This document shows, in pieces, positions 18,310 to 26,256 of a stretch of 28,016 nucleotides of DNA. Below the pieces are notes generated by a model that saw only the letters and a program-made list of their open reading frames with translations, was not told where the DNA came from and searched no databases. The stretch comes from Steroidobacteraceae bacterium (GTDB taxonomy: Bacteria; Pseudomonadota; Gammaproteobacteria; Steroidobacterales; Steroidobacteraceae). Every line of letters begins with the position of its first letter. Position 1 is the first letter of the stretch. The stretch spans positions 1 through 28,016 of the forward strand of contig DATCBZ010000174.1 of assembly GCA_036511555.1 (NCBI GenBank). Direction: 5' to 3'. The translations under genes were made by a program, and so were the position numbers.

Positions 18310-19499
18310 TACTGAGCGTCCGCCGCAGAATGGAAATGCTGCATCAGCCGTTTCTTAGCTTCGATCGGCCTGATGCTCGGCCGCGGCAAATCCCGGGGTG
18401 TGCCGCTGCGCGTCAGGAGACGCGCAAAACGCGCGCCATCAAGCGGCGCGGCTTCCAGCCACGTCGGCAGTTGTTGGAGCTCATCGCTCTCAAGCGCCGA
18501 TGCATAGCCGCAGGCGGCGGCGACCTCCGCGAATGACACGCACGACGACACCGTCGCCTGCCCGCCAGTTGAATCGTGTACACCGTTGTCGAGCAGCAGG
18601 TGCTGCAGATTGGGTGGCCCATAGGCTCCCACGGTTGCCAATGCCCCCATCCGCATCAATGCCGCGCCGTCACCATCGAGCGCGATCACGCGCAAGTCCG
18701 GGCGTGCCAGAGCAAGGCCAAGAGCAAGAGGCACGACGCATCCCATCGATCCCACCATGTAGAAGTGGTTCGGCCGATCAGCAATGGCGTACAGTTCCCG
18801 TCCGCAAAATCCGGTGGACGCAAGCAGTGCCGTCGTGGCCGGCGGCGATTGGCCGACCACTTGCCGCAACACGTCGCGACGCGATGGACGCGCGTCGGCT
18901 GCAACGCCCGTCAGTGCCACTACCGCCTGCGCCCCGACAGAGCGTCGCTTTATCAGGCCTGCGGAGGCTCGCAGTGCATAGGCCGCGACACTGCCTTTTT
19001 GCATTAGTAGCGCATACGGCCGGCCGGTCGCATCCATATGCGCCGTCGCGCGCTCTAACGCCGGGCCGATGGCATCGACCGCCGCCGGAAACAGCTCCCA
19101 GGGAATCTGCATCGCATCCAACAGAGCCGTCGTGATTGAGCCCATGAGCGCGTGCTGTGGTTCGTCCGCTACTCCCGGCTGCCCGCGCCACGTTTCGATC
19201 AACAGTTGCGGCAGCCGGAACACCCAGGTCAGTGACGTCAAGGGGCTCACCGCATTGCCGAGTCCGGAGTTCTGCATCATCGTGACGCCGCGCTGCCGCG
19301 CCAAACCCGCATCGCCTGCGAGCGCCACTCCGGCAATCAGCGCTACCGCGTCGCCTTCATTGGCCATCGAGAGGTAGTGCAGCGACGCATCCTGCAACAC
19401 GTAGTTAATGAAGGGCGTCAGGTAAGAGCACGGCACTCCCGCATACCAGAAAAATCCGCGCGCGCGCGCCGCTTCGACAAAGTGATGTGCTTCAATCAT
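18309..19499 (-). CDS. aepY: Phosphonopyruvate decarboxylase
   Basis: From ATG 19499: [75 protein letters not shown] and the TPP motif DGDGAALM...DNG. The track's longer 5' extension overlaps pepM. Confidence 0.93.
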   Translation of the reverse strand: MIEAHHFVEAARARGFFWYAGVPCSYLTPFINYVLQDASLHYLSMANEGDAVALIAGVALAGDAGLARQRGVTMMQNSGLGNAVSPLTSLTWVFRLPQLLIETWRGQPGVADEPQHALMGSITTALLDAMQIPWELFPAAVDAIGPALERATAHMDATGRPYALLMQKGSVAAYALRASAGLIKRRSVGAQAVVALTGVAADARPSRRDVLRQVVGQSPPATTALLASTGFCGRELYAIADRPNHFYMVGSMGCVVPLALGLALARPDLRVIALDGDGAALMRMGALATVGAYGPPNLQHLLLDNGVHDSTGGQATVSSCVSFAEVAAACGYASALESDELQQLPTWLEAAPLDGARFARLLTRSGTPRDLPRPSIRPIEAKKRLMQHFHSAADAQ

Positions 19500-21207
19500 G
19501 GTCCGCCGCGCCAAGCGCCGCGTCGGGGGCAGTGCCGAGCGGCGTCTGCGCGTGGGCGAAATCGACCGCGCTATGAAAATCGTCGATGTCATTGACGCCG
19601 CGCCAATGCCCGTGCACATACAGCACTTCGATCGCAGCGCCAGCGGCGATCAGGGCATTCAGAAGGGCGGGCATATCGAGTTTGTCGAAGTCTGGCCGCG
19701 ATTGCAGCGCTGTGACGACACTCGTCAGCATCACGAGGCCGCGCCGGCTTACTTTAAACATGCCGATCCAGCGACCGTGCGCAGTATCGTCTTTGGCAAG
19801 CAAGTGCGGCACCGCCCCATTGACGTCCGCGGCGCTTGCTACACGCGCGAGCAGCACTGGCTTGCCGAACAAGCCGCGGTCGTCGCTACGAGAACAGTAG
19901 GCGAAATCACGCACAGTACGATTGTTGGTTCCCGCCACGGATGAATCGACCAGCAACGAGAAATCCGCCGCACTATCGAGAAGATCGCGCAGCACGTAGC
20001 TGCGAAACAGCAAATCACCGTAGGCAATGACCGTGTCCGCTTCGAGCCCATCGATGGCACAGGCGAGCGAGGCAAGTTCGCCCGTTTGCGCATGTCGCTC
20101 GTTCACGATCAATTTGATACCGGCGCTATCGATCGCATCGGCACGATAGCCTCCGACGACAGGGATATCGTTGATGTTCTCTTTTTTAAAAGCGTCGATT
20201 AGCCAGCGCAACAAAGATTTTCCGGCGATCGGCAGCATGACTTTCGGGCGGTCAGTCGTCATCGCTTCAAGACCCCGGCCGCGGCCCGCAGCAAGCACCA
20301 CCGCAGCGCGCGAAGAGCCGGCCACCGACAAATAGAGCTTTTCCGCGGCAGAGTACTCGTCTGCATCCTGCAGCCGGAAAATCTCGTTGACCGGCACAAT
20401 CCGGTCCTCGACGTTGACCAGCGTCTGACTTTCGTAGATCTCCTTGGCAACAGTCTGCATCGCCGACGCGGCGGCACGCAGCATATGATTAGCCCAGATC
20501 ACGACGCTGATTCCCGCGTCGCGGAAGACCTCAGGCGGCGTACTGTAATAGCGGGTCGGCACGATCACGAGCGGGCCGCGCCGTGCCCATTCGCGCGCGA
20601 AAGCAACGATCTCATCGGGCTTGGCAAGCTTGCTGTGTATCAGAATCGCATCGGCACCCGCGCGGCGATAGGCTTCCGCGCGGCGCAGCGCTTCCTCCAT
20701 GCCCCAGCCGGCGATCAGCGCTTCGACGCGCGCGACAATCGAGAAATTGGGATCGATCTGCGTGTCTTTGCCGGCGGCGATTTTACCGGCAAATTCCTCA
20801 ATGTCCGCAAGCGGCTGGCGCTCACCGTTTAAGAAACTATTGGTCTTGGGAAACTGCTTGTCCTCAATGCAGACGCCAGCAATATCGCGCTGCTCGAGCT
20901 TGCGCACCAAACGGCGCATGTTGTTGAAATTGCCATAGCCAGTATCGCCATCGAGCAGGATTGGCAAATCACTCGCGTCGGCCATGAACTCCAGCATGTC
21001 CACCACCTGGGTCCAGCTCGCCTCATTATTATCGCGCACGCCAAACTGCGCCGAGATCGACAGGCCGGAGGCCCAGATTCCTTTGAAGCCCGCTTCGCGC
21101 GCAATGCGCGACGACAGGCCATTATGTGCCTCCATTAGGAATTCGAGCTGCGGACTGAGCAGCATCTGCCGCAATTGTGCGCTGCGTGAGGGCACCGCAG
21201 CGGTCAT
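19492..21207 (-). CDS. aepX: Phosphoenolpyruvate mutase fused to a C-terminal nucleotidyltransferase-like domain
   Basis: PepM signature [10 protein letters not shown] (EDK-x5-NS), [36 protein letters not shown]-terminal domain begins [22 protein letters not shown] and contains YGDLLF. Confidence 0.96.
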   Translation of the reverse strand: MTAAVPSRSAQLRQMLLSPQLEFLMEAHNGLSSRIAREAGFKGIWASGLSISAQFGVRDNNEASWTQVVDMLEFMADASDLPILLDGDTGYGNFNNMRRLVRKLEQRDIAGVCIEDKQFPKTNSFLNGERQPLADIEEFAGKIAAGKDTQIDPNFSIVARVEALIAGWGMEEALRRAEAYRRAGADAILIHSKLAKPDEIVAFAREWARRGPLVIVPTRYYSTPPEVFRDAGISVVIWANHMLRAAASAMQTVAKEIYESQTLVNVEDRIVPVNEIFRLQDADEYSAAEKLYLSVAGSSRAAVVLAAGRGRGLEAMTTDRPKVMLPIAGKSLLRWLIDAFKKENINDIPVVGGYRADAIDSAGIKLIVNERHAQTGELASLACAIDGLEADTVIAYGDLLFRSYVLRDLLDSAADFSLLVDSSVAGTNNRTVRDFAYCSRSDDRGLFGKPVLLARVASAADVNGAVPHLLAKDDTAHGRWIGMFKVSRRGLVMLTSVVTALQSRPDFDKLDMPALLNALIAAGAAIEVLYVHGHWRGVNDIDDFHSAVDFAHAQTPLGTAPDAALGAADHD

Positions 21208-21971
21208 CGCGAAAGCTCTGTCAACGGTTGCAGCTGCGGCAGAATTTCGGCGGCCGCGCGCCGTACATCATCCGGAAAATCGATCTCGATCCATGGGGCG
21301 CCAGTCACATCGCTGACTTCGAACGTCTGGCTGCGCTCGCGCAGCAGATCGCGCACTGCCTCCTCATGCGGCATGCTGGCATGATTGCCGTCGATGTAGC
21401 CCGCCACCAGTGCAGCCAATCGCCGCGCGCCGGCTTGGTTGAAGCGAAAGAATCCGACCGACTCACCGATCGTGTCGAACTGCAGCGTGGCGGGCAGCTG
21501 CTTGCGAAGTTCCACCGGCACGCCACGATCCACGCAAAGCTTGACGGGCTCATCGCCAGGCTCAAAGTCGCGATCGATCAACAGCCGGTTGACGGGCGGC
21601 TCGCCTGCGACCAGCGCACTCATGATGCGCTCATCGTAAAGGACATCGGCATCCATCAACAAAATGCTGCCGCCGCGCGTCATCGCCTCGGCAGCGGCGT
21701 GAACGGTCAAAACACTGCCGAGCTCAAAACGCTTATTCAGCACAATTTCGGGACGCGGCTGCCAGCCGAGCCGATCAAGTTCAGCTTCAATGAGTTCGTG
21801 CCGAAAACCCAGTGCCAGAACGACCTCGGTGACACCGGCGGTTTTGAGCATCTGCAGATGGCGTTCGAGAAGGCTCACACCGTCGAATCGCAACAGACAC
21901 TTCGGCGACTGCTGATCTTCGGAGAGCTGCAAACGCGACCCGTGACCCGCTGCAAGAATGATAGCGCGCAT
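21204..21971 (-). CDS. LicC/PntC-like cytidylyltransferase (NTP transferase family)
   Basis: [14 protein letters not shown]...[31 protein letters not shown]. Stop overlaps the pepM start (ATGA). Alternative start at 21995. Confidence 0.85.
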   Translation of the reverse strand: MRAIILAAGHGSRLQLSEDQQSPKCLLRFDGVSLLERHLQMLKTAGVTEVVLALGFRHELIEAELDRLGWQPRPEIVLNKRFELGSVLTVHAAAEAMTRGGSILLMDADVLYDERIMSALVAGEPPVNRLLIDRDFEPGDEPVKLCVDRGVPVELRKQLPATLQFDTIGESVGFFRFNQAGARRLAALVAGYIDGNHASMPHEEAVRDLLRERSQTFEVSDVTGAPWIEIDFPDDVRRAAAEILPQLQPLTELSR

Positions 21972-22084
21972 GAGAATCCAAGCAAAATCAAGCATAAGAA
22001 ACGCGACAGGAACATTACCATACCGTGTGCAGCATCCCGCACTGCACTGGCAAGGCCTTGCAGTCTTGCGCCGTCCGCGACTGC

Positions 22085-23080
22085 TTACGGTGGCGCCGCA
22101 CGTGCCGCACCCGCAGCGGAGCGCTCGGAGAGGTGCAGGTAGAGGAGTCCGGGCAGCCCCAAGATAAGTTCGCGCGCGCGTTTTGCGAGCGACAACGCCA
22201 GCGCTGCGTCCGCCGGCAAGCCTACCAACGGCGCGAGCAGCAAATAGCCTCCCTCTTGCACGCCAAGTGCACCGGGAACGGCGAACGCGGCGCCGCGAAT
22301 CGCCTGGCCCAGACTTTCCAAGAGCAGCGCGTCAGTCCAGCCGAGCGGGTGTCCAAGCAGTTGCGCAATCAGAAACACCTCGCCCGTGCCGACGAGCCAA
22401 CCGACGAGGCTGAGTACGAAGCTCGCCGCCACCCGAGCACTTCGACCGTAGGTCAGCTGCACCGCGACGTCCATTGCCTCCGCTTGCGTCCTCAACTGAG
22501 ACCAATCCCGCTTACCGGAGAAACGACTCGCAAGACTCATCAGCTTGGCAAAAAAGCCGCGCCGCTGTAGAAGATAAAACCCCCCGACCTGTAGTGCGAG
22601 CAGCGCGCTTGCGAGCAGCGCAGAAGTGCGCAGAACACTTTGGGAAAAGTGACTCGCATGCGCACCCAGGAGCACAACCCCCAGCAGCGCAAAAAGAATC
22701 TGTGCGAAGGTCTGCAGCGTCGTACTAACGGTGATGGCCGCGGCAGCATCCTGCATGCGCATGCCGCGCTGCGCCAGGTGGCGAACCATTAAGACCGGAC
22801 CGCCTAGCTGCCCGGCTGGCAGGAGACTGTTCGCGGATTCGCCCGCCCAGCGCGCGAGCAATGCCTCACGCATTGGTCTGCGCGCCATTGCGCGAACAAA
22901 CAGCACACGGATTGCTGCAGCGTCGAGCACCAATGGCAGCAAATGGAACAACGCAATCAGCAGCAACCCCCAACCGGCAAGCGCTAACGCCGCAACGACC
23001 GCCGGCAGCCCTTGCGAGACGAGCACGCCGACGAACAGCAGCACACCGGCTGACAGGAGCCACGCTGCCGTGCGCGTCAT
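22085..23080 (-). CDS. HpnL-like polytopic membrane protein (lysylphosphatidylglycerol-synthase TM / flippase-like family)
   Basis: 331 aa, mostly hydrophobic, with RWAGESANSLLPAGQLGGP, AAITVSTTLQ, VGWLVGTGEV, ESLGQAIRGAAFAVPGALGVQEGG and SLAKRARELILG, typical of the UPF0104/HpnL family. Confidence 0.75.
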   Translation of the reverse strand: MTRTAAWLLSAGVLLFVGVLVSQGLPAVVAALALAGWGLLLIALFHLLPLVLDAAAIRVLFVRAMARRPMREALLARWAGESANSLLPAGQLGGPVLMVRHLAQRGMRMQDAAAAITVSTTLQTFAQILFALLGVVLLGAHASHFSQSVLRTSALLASALLALQVGGFYLLQRRGFFAKLMSLASRFSGKRDWSQLRTQAEAMDVAVQLTYGRSARVAASFVLSLVGWLVGTGEVFLIAQLLGHPLGWTDALLLESLGQAIRGAAFAVPGALGVQEGGYLLLAPLVGLPADAALALSLAKRARELILGLPGLLYLHLSERSAAGAARAAPP

Positions 23081-23958
23081 GCGCGTCCGGTACGTCTTTG
23101 CAGTAGGCGACGAAATACCTGCCGGAAGCCGAAATACGCAACCGCATCTTTCATGTTGGAGATGAGGCGCCAGCCCGCGTTCATGCGCGGATCAGTGACG
23201 TACTCGAACGTCAAAGAAACACCCACTTCGCCCGCTGCCAGAGGCGTGATCCGATGGCGCAGCTTGTCGCCATCAAAAAAAACCATGCCACCTGGGGCGA
23301 TCTGCAGCGACCCCGACACCCCCGCCATACCTGGTTCGCGAGTGTGCAGTTCGTAATCAAGCCGGCACGATGAGTCATCGATGATTCCGAGCAACAGTGT
23401 GTAGCGACGCCCGGCATAGTAGGAGGTGTCGTAATGCCAACCAATGTGGTCGCTGGGCAGCGTGTAAAAATACAGCGCATAGGCGTGCGCGTCTTGCGCC
23501 GGCGACAGCCGCAGGTGCTCACCGCAAAGTTGTCCGAGCCACTCGAGCAACGCGGGCGCGCGATACAGTTCGGCGATGGCCGGGGCAAGTTCGTCTATCG
23601 AGTGGCGGCTGACGCTGCCGCCTTGCTTGTGGCCAGGTAAATAATTGCGATGCACCGATGCCTGCACGCTCGAAACGGCAGCAATGAGCTGTGCGTTCAT
23701 CTGCTGGGTCAGGAAATCCGGCAGGTATATGAAGGCTCCCTGCGCTGCAAACTTGCGGCGCAGCGGCTCCATGTCGAGGGCTCGCAGGCGCGCGCACATT
23801 GCACTATTGGCGTCTACGGGCAGCGAGGACACCTCTTCATCCGCGCCCGGCAACGCCGGATCCGACCCGGTTTCGAGCGCGGCGTTTTTTATTGGGCTAC
23901 CGTGGCGTCGGCGTGGCGGGAAGCAAACGCAGGCGCCGCCGGATCCGCAACCAGTCAA
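23077..23958 (-). CDS. Fe(II)/2-oxoglutarate-dependent oxygenase; true start uncertain
   Basis: Facial triad GWHYDT (HxD) with distal LRHRITPL, plus beta-rich RYTLLLG and MVFFDG. The track start overlaps the upstream gene by 62 nt; the real start is probably downstream (e.g. ATG 23799 or a nearby GTG). Confidence 0.75.
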   Translation of the reverse strand: MTGCGSGGACVCFPPRRRHGSPIKNAALETGSDPALPGADEEVSSLPVDANSAMCARLRALDMEPLRRKFAAQGAFIYLPDFLTQQMNAQLIAAVSSVQASVHRNYLPGHKQGGSVSRHSIDELAPAIAELYRAPALLEWLGQLCGEHLRLSPAQDAHAYALYFYTLPSDHIGWHYDTSYYAGRRYTLLLGIIDDSSCRLDYELHTREPGMAGVSGSLQIAPGGMVFFDGDKLRHRITPLAAGEVGVSLTFEYVTDPRMNAGWRLISNMKDAVAYFGFRQVFRRLLQRRTGRA

Positions 23959-24562
23959 TCAGCACCCAAATCGCGAATAAGGGGGCGCAGATGGAGGCGG
24001 CGATCAGCAACGGTGCAACGCCATCGCAGACCGTCACGAGCGGCAGCAAATATAGAACGTCCTCGGTTTCAAAGCCGCCGAACGAAGCTTGGCGAACCGC
24101 AGCTTTTCCGACCATCTCTTCGATGCGCATGCGCAAAAAGAAAATCAATGCAATTGCGGCGCCGGCCGCAACGCCGAGCAGCGCGGGCGGAAATTGCAGC
24201 GCCACTCTTCCTTTCGCCACGACCCCGATGCCGATTGCGAGAAACAGCAGAATCGTTACGGCGGCATCGCTTGCAAGATCATAGAGGTGTCCGAACCGGC
24301 TCGTTTTCCCGCTTATGCGGGCGAGTTCGCCGTCGGCGTGATCGGCAAAGTTCGAAAGCACGAACAGCAGCGCGGCCAAATTCGACCAGGTATAGGTGCC
24401 GGGCACGAAAGCGGCGGCGGCCGCGAGGCCTAGGAGCAGGCGCAGCGTCGTCAGATGATTAGGCGTCACCCAGGTCTCGCTCAGCATTGCAACCAAGCGG
24501 TGTGCTAGGCGCAAATCCCAAGGACGCTGCGCCGATAAGGCGGAATGTGTGGGTGTGGACAT
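23897..24562 (-). CDS. CDP-alcohol phosphotransferase
   Basis: TPNHLT, and the family signature DHADGELARISGKTSRFGHLYDLASD (DxxDGxxAR-x8-GxxxDxxxD), followed by several TM helices. Confidence 0.9.
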   Translation of the reverse strand: MSTPTHSALSAQRPWDLRLAHRLVAMLSETWVTPNHLTTLRLLLGLAAAAAFVPGTYTWSNLAALLFVLSNFADHADGELARISGKTSRFGHLYDLASDAAVTILLFLAIGIGVVAKGRVALQFPPALLGVAAGAAIALIFFLRMRIEEMVGKAAVRQASFGGFETEDVLYLLPLVTVCDGVAPLLIAASICAPLFAIWVLIDWLRIRRRLRLLPATPTPR

Positions 24563-25012
24563 TTTTACTTAGTCGATTCGACGCGTCGCCGACGGACCCG
24601 CAGGATTTTACGCTGGTTTTCGCGGGGCGCTAGGCGCGCACATGGCCGTGCGGTTGTGTTGGTATTATTGAACTCATTGAATTTAAACTAAAAAGTCATA
24701 CTTACTCTGCCTGAGTGCGCAGCCGGGCGCTCCGCCCGAGGTGCCAGGCCCCACCGCACGGTCCTCCTCAAAAATGCCGGCTGGTGGAAAAGTATGCGCG
24801 GTGCGAGCGCACCGCTGCGGTGGCGCAAACGCAACGTTATGACTTCGCTCGCGCGGGTCGAGGAGCGCCTGGACTCCTTCGTCGCGATCGGCAAGCGCAA
24901 GCTTGGGTTTGAGTTGAAGATGTGCGCAAAGGCCCTACAGGGAGGAGCGCCGCGATCAGTTTCGCCGGTTGGCGCAACTTATTGCGGGTAACTTCCTGAC
25001 GCAAAGCCCCTC

Positions 25013-25049
25013 CGTTAGGTTAGGTTGCAGCACCATTTACCACCTAACG
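25013..25049. promoter_or_regulatory. 8-bp inverted repeat upstream of squalene synthase; candidate operator or hairpin
   Basis: CGTTAGGT (25013-25020) and ACCTAACG (25042-25049) are exact reverse complements with a 21-nt spacer; the left arm overlaps a GTTAG direct repeat. Confidence 0.3.
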
Positions 25050-25086
25050 TGTTCCTATTCCTACGATTTCCCGGGATACTGTCTGT

Positions 25087-26256
25087 ATGGATTCCGTCAC
25101 TTCCGATGCAGTCTATCAAGATCGGATTCTCCCCTACGTCTCGCGCACCTTTGCGCTGACGATCCCACAACTGCCGCCGGCACTGCGTACTGCGGTGACC
25201 AGTGCCTACCTGCTCTGTCGGATCGCCGACACGATCGAGGATGAGCCGGCGTTGTCGGCCGCAGAAACGCTTGCGTTTCTGCAACGCTTTCGTGCGACGG
25301 TATCCGAGTGTGCCGAGTCAGCACCGTTGGCAAGGGATCTGTCGCGGCGTCTGTCGGACCGCACATTGCCCGAAGAGCGCGATCTTGTGAATAACATGGA
25401 GCGCGTCATTCGCATGACGGGCGCTCTGGATGAGCTGCCACGATCCGCCATTCAGCGCTGCGTCGATCTCATGTGTTATGGCATGCCGCATTTCCAACTG
25501 AGCGCAAGCGTACGGGGGCTTGCCCGCTCGAGCGACCTCGACGACTACTGCTACTACGTCGCTGGCGTGGTCGGCGAGATGCTCACCGAGCTGTTTTGCG
25601 CCCACTCTGCGGACATCGCACGGCGGCGTCCTGCCCTGCAAAGCCTGGCGGCCTCTTTTGCGCAGGGGCTGCAGATGACGAATATTCTAAAGGACGTCTG
25701 GGAAGACCGCAGCCGCGGCGCCTGCTGGTTGCCGCAGGATGTCTTCACGCGCCATGGGGTGGACCTTGCACCACTGTCGCCGGAGAGCCAAGACGCGGGT
25801 TTCGCTGCGGGAATGTGCGAACTCACTGCAGTCGCACACGCGCACCTTCGTAATGCGCTTGCCTTTACGCTGCTGGTTCCGGCAAAGGAAACCGGCATCC
25901 GGCGCTTCTGTCTGTGGGCCATCGGACTTGCCGTCCTCACGCTGCAGAAAATTCATGGGAATCCGCAGTTTACGGCCGGAAAGGAAGTAAAGGTGTCGCG
26001 CTCCGCCGTTGCCATGACTCGCCTCCTGACAAGCGCTACCGTGCGCAGCGATTGGCTTCTTAGACAACTTTTTGAATTCGCCGCGCGCGGCCTGCCGCTC
26101 GCACCACTTCCGCCCGCCGTGCCGCGAACAACGACCGTTCTCGGGGCGTCCGAGCCGATCCCGCTCCATGGCCGGCATGCGCCGCGCCCCCAGCCCGACG
26201 CGAGCGCGCCGCTTGAGCGCGTGCGCCGGCGCTCCGACGGAAGTGCAGCCACATGA
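25087..26256 (+). CDS. sqs: Squalene synthase, single-enzyme (FPP to squalene) type
   Basis: VSRTFALTI, YLLCRIADTIEDE, YCYYVAGVVG, GLQMTNILKD, RRFCLWAIGLAVLTL and VKVSR. These resemble SQS-type enzymes such as Methylococcus SQS more than CrtB/HpnD. Confidence 0.8.
   Translation: MDSVTSDAVYQDRILPYVSRTFALTIPQLPPALRTAVTSAYLLCRIADTIEDEPALSAAETLAFLQRFRATVSECAESAPLARDLSRRLSDRTLPEERDLVNNMERVIRMTGALDELPRSAIQRCVDLMCYGMPHFQLSASVRGLARSSDLDDYCYYVAGVVGEMLTELFCAHSADIARRRPALQSLAASFAQGLQMTNILKDVWEDRSRGACWLPQDVFTRHGVDLAPLSPESQDAGFAAGMCELTAVAHAHLRNALAFTLLVPAKETGIRRFCLWAIGLAVLTLQKIHGNPQFTAGKEVKVSRSAVAMTRLLTSATVRSDWLLRQLFEFAARGLPLAPLPPAVPRTTTVLGASEPIPLHGRHAPRPQPDASAPLERVRRRSDGSAAT

Noticed and set aside
23077-23958. 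2OG enzyme as a BesD/HalD-type halogenase
   Set aside because: The iron motif is HYD; halogenases have Gly/Ala in place of the Asp.
24688-24991. Three overlapping 65-70 aa ORFs in the divergent intergenic region
   Set aside because: No recognisable motifs or ribosome-binding sites, and mutually overlapping; a small protein cannot be excluded without ribosome profiling.
25087-26256. Phytoene synthase CrtB / carotenoid cluster
   Set aside because: No crtI or crtY in the window, coupling to shc, and SQS-like motifs.
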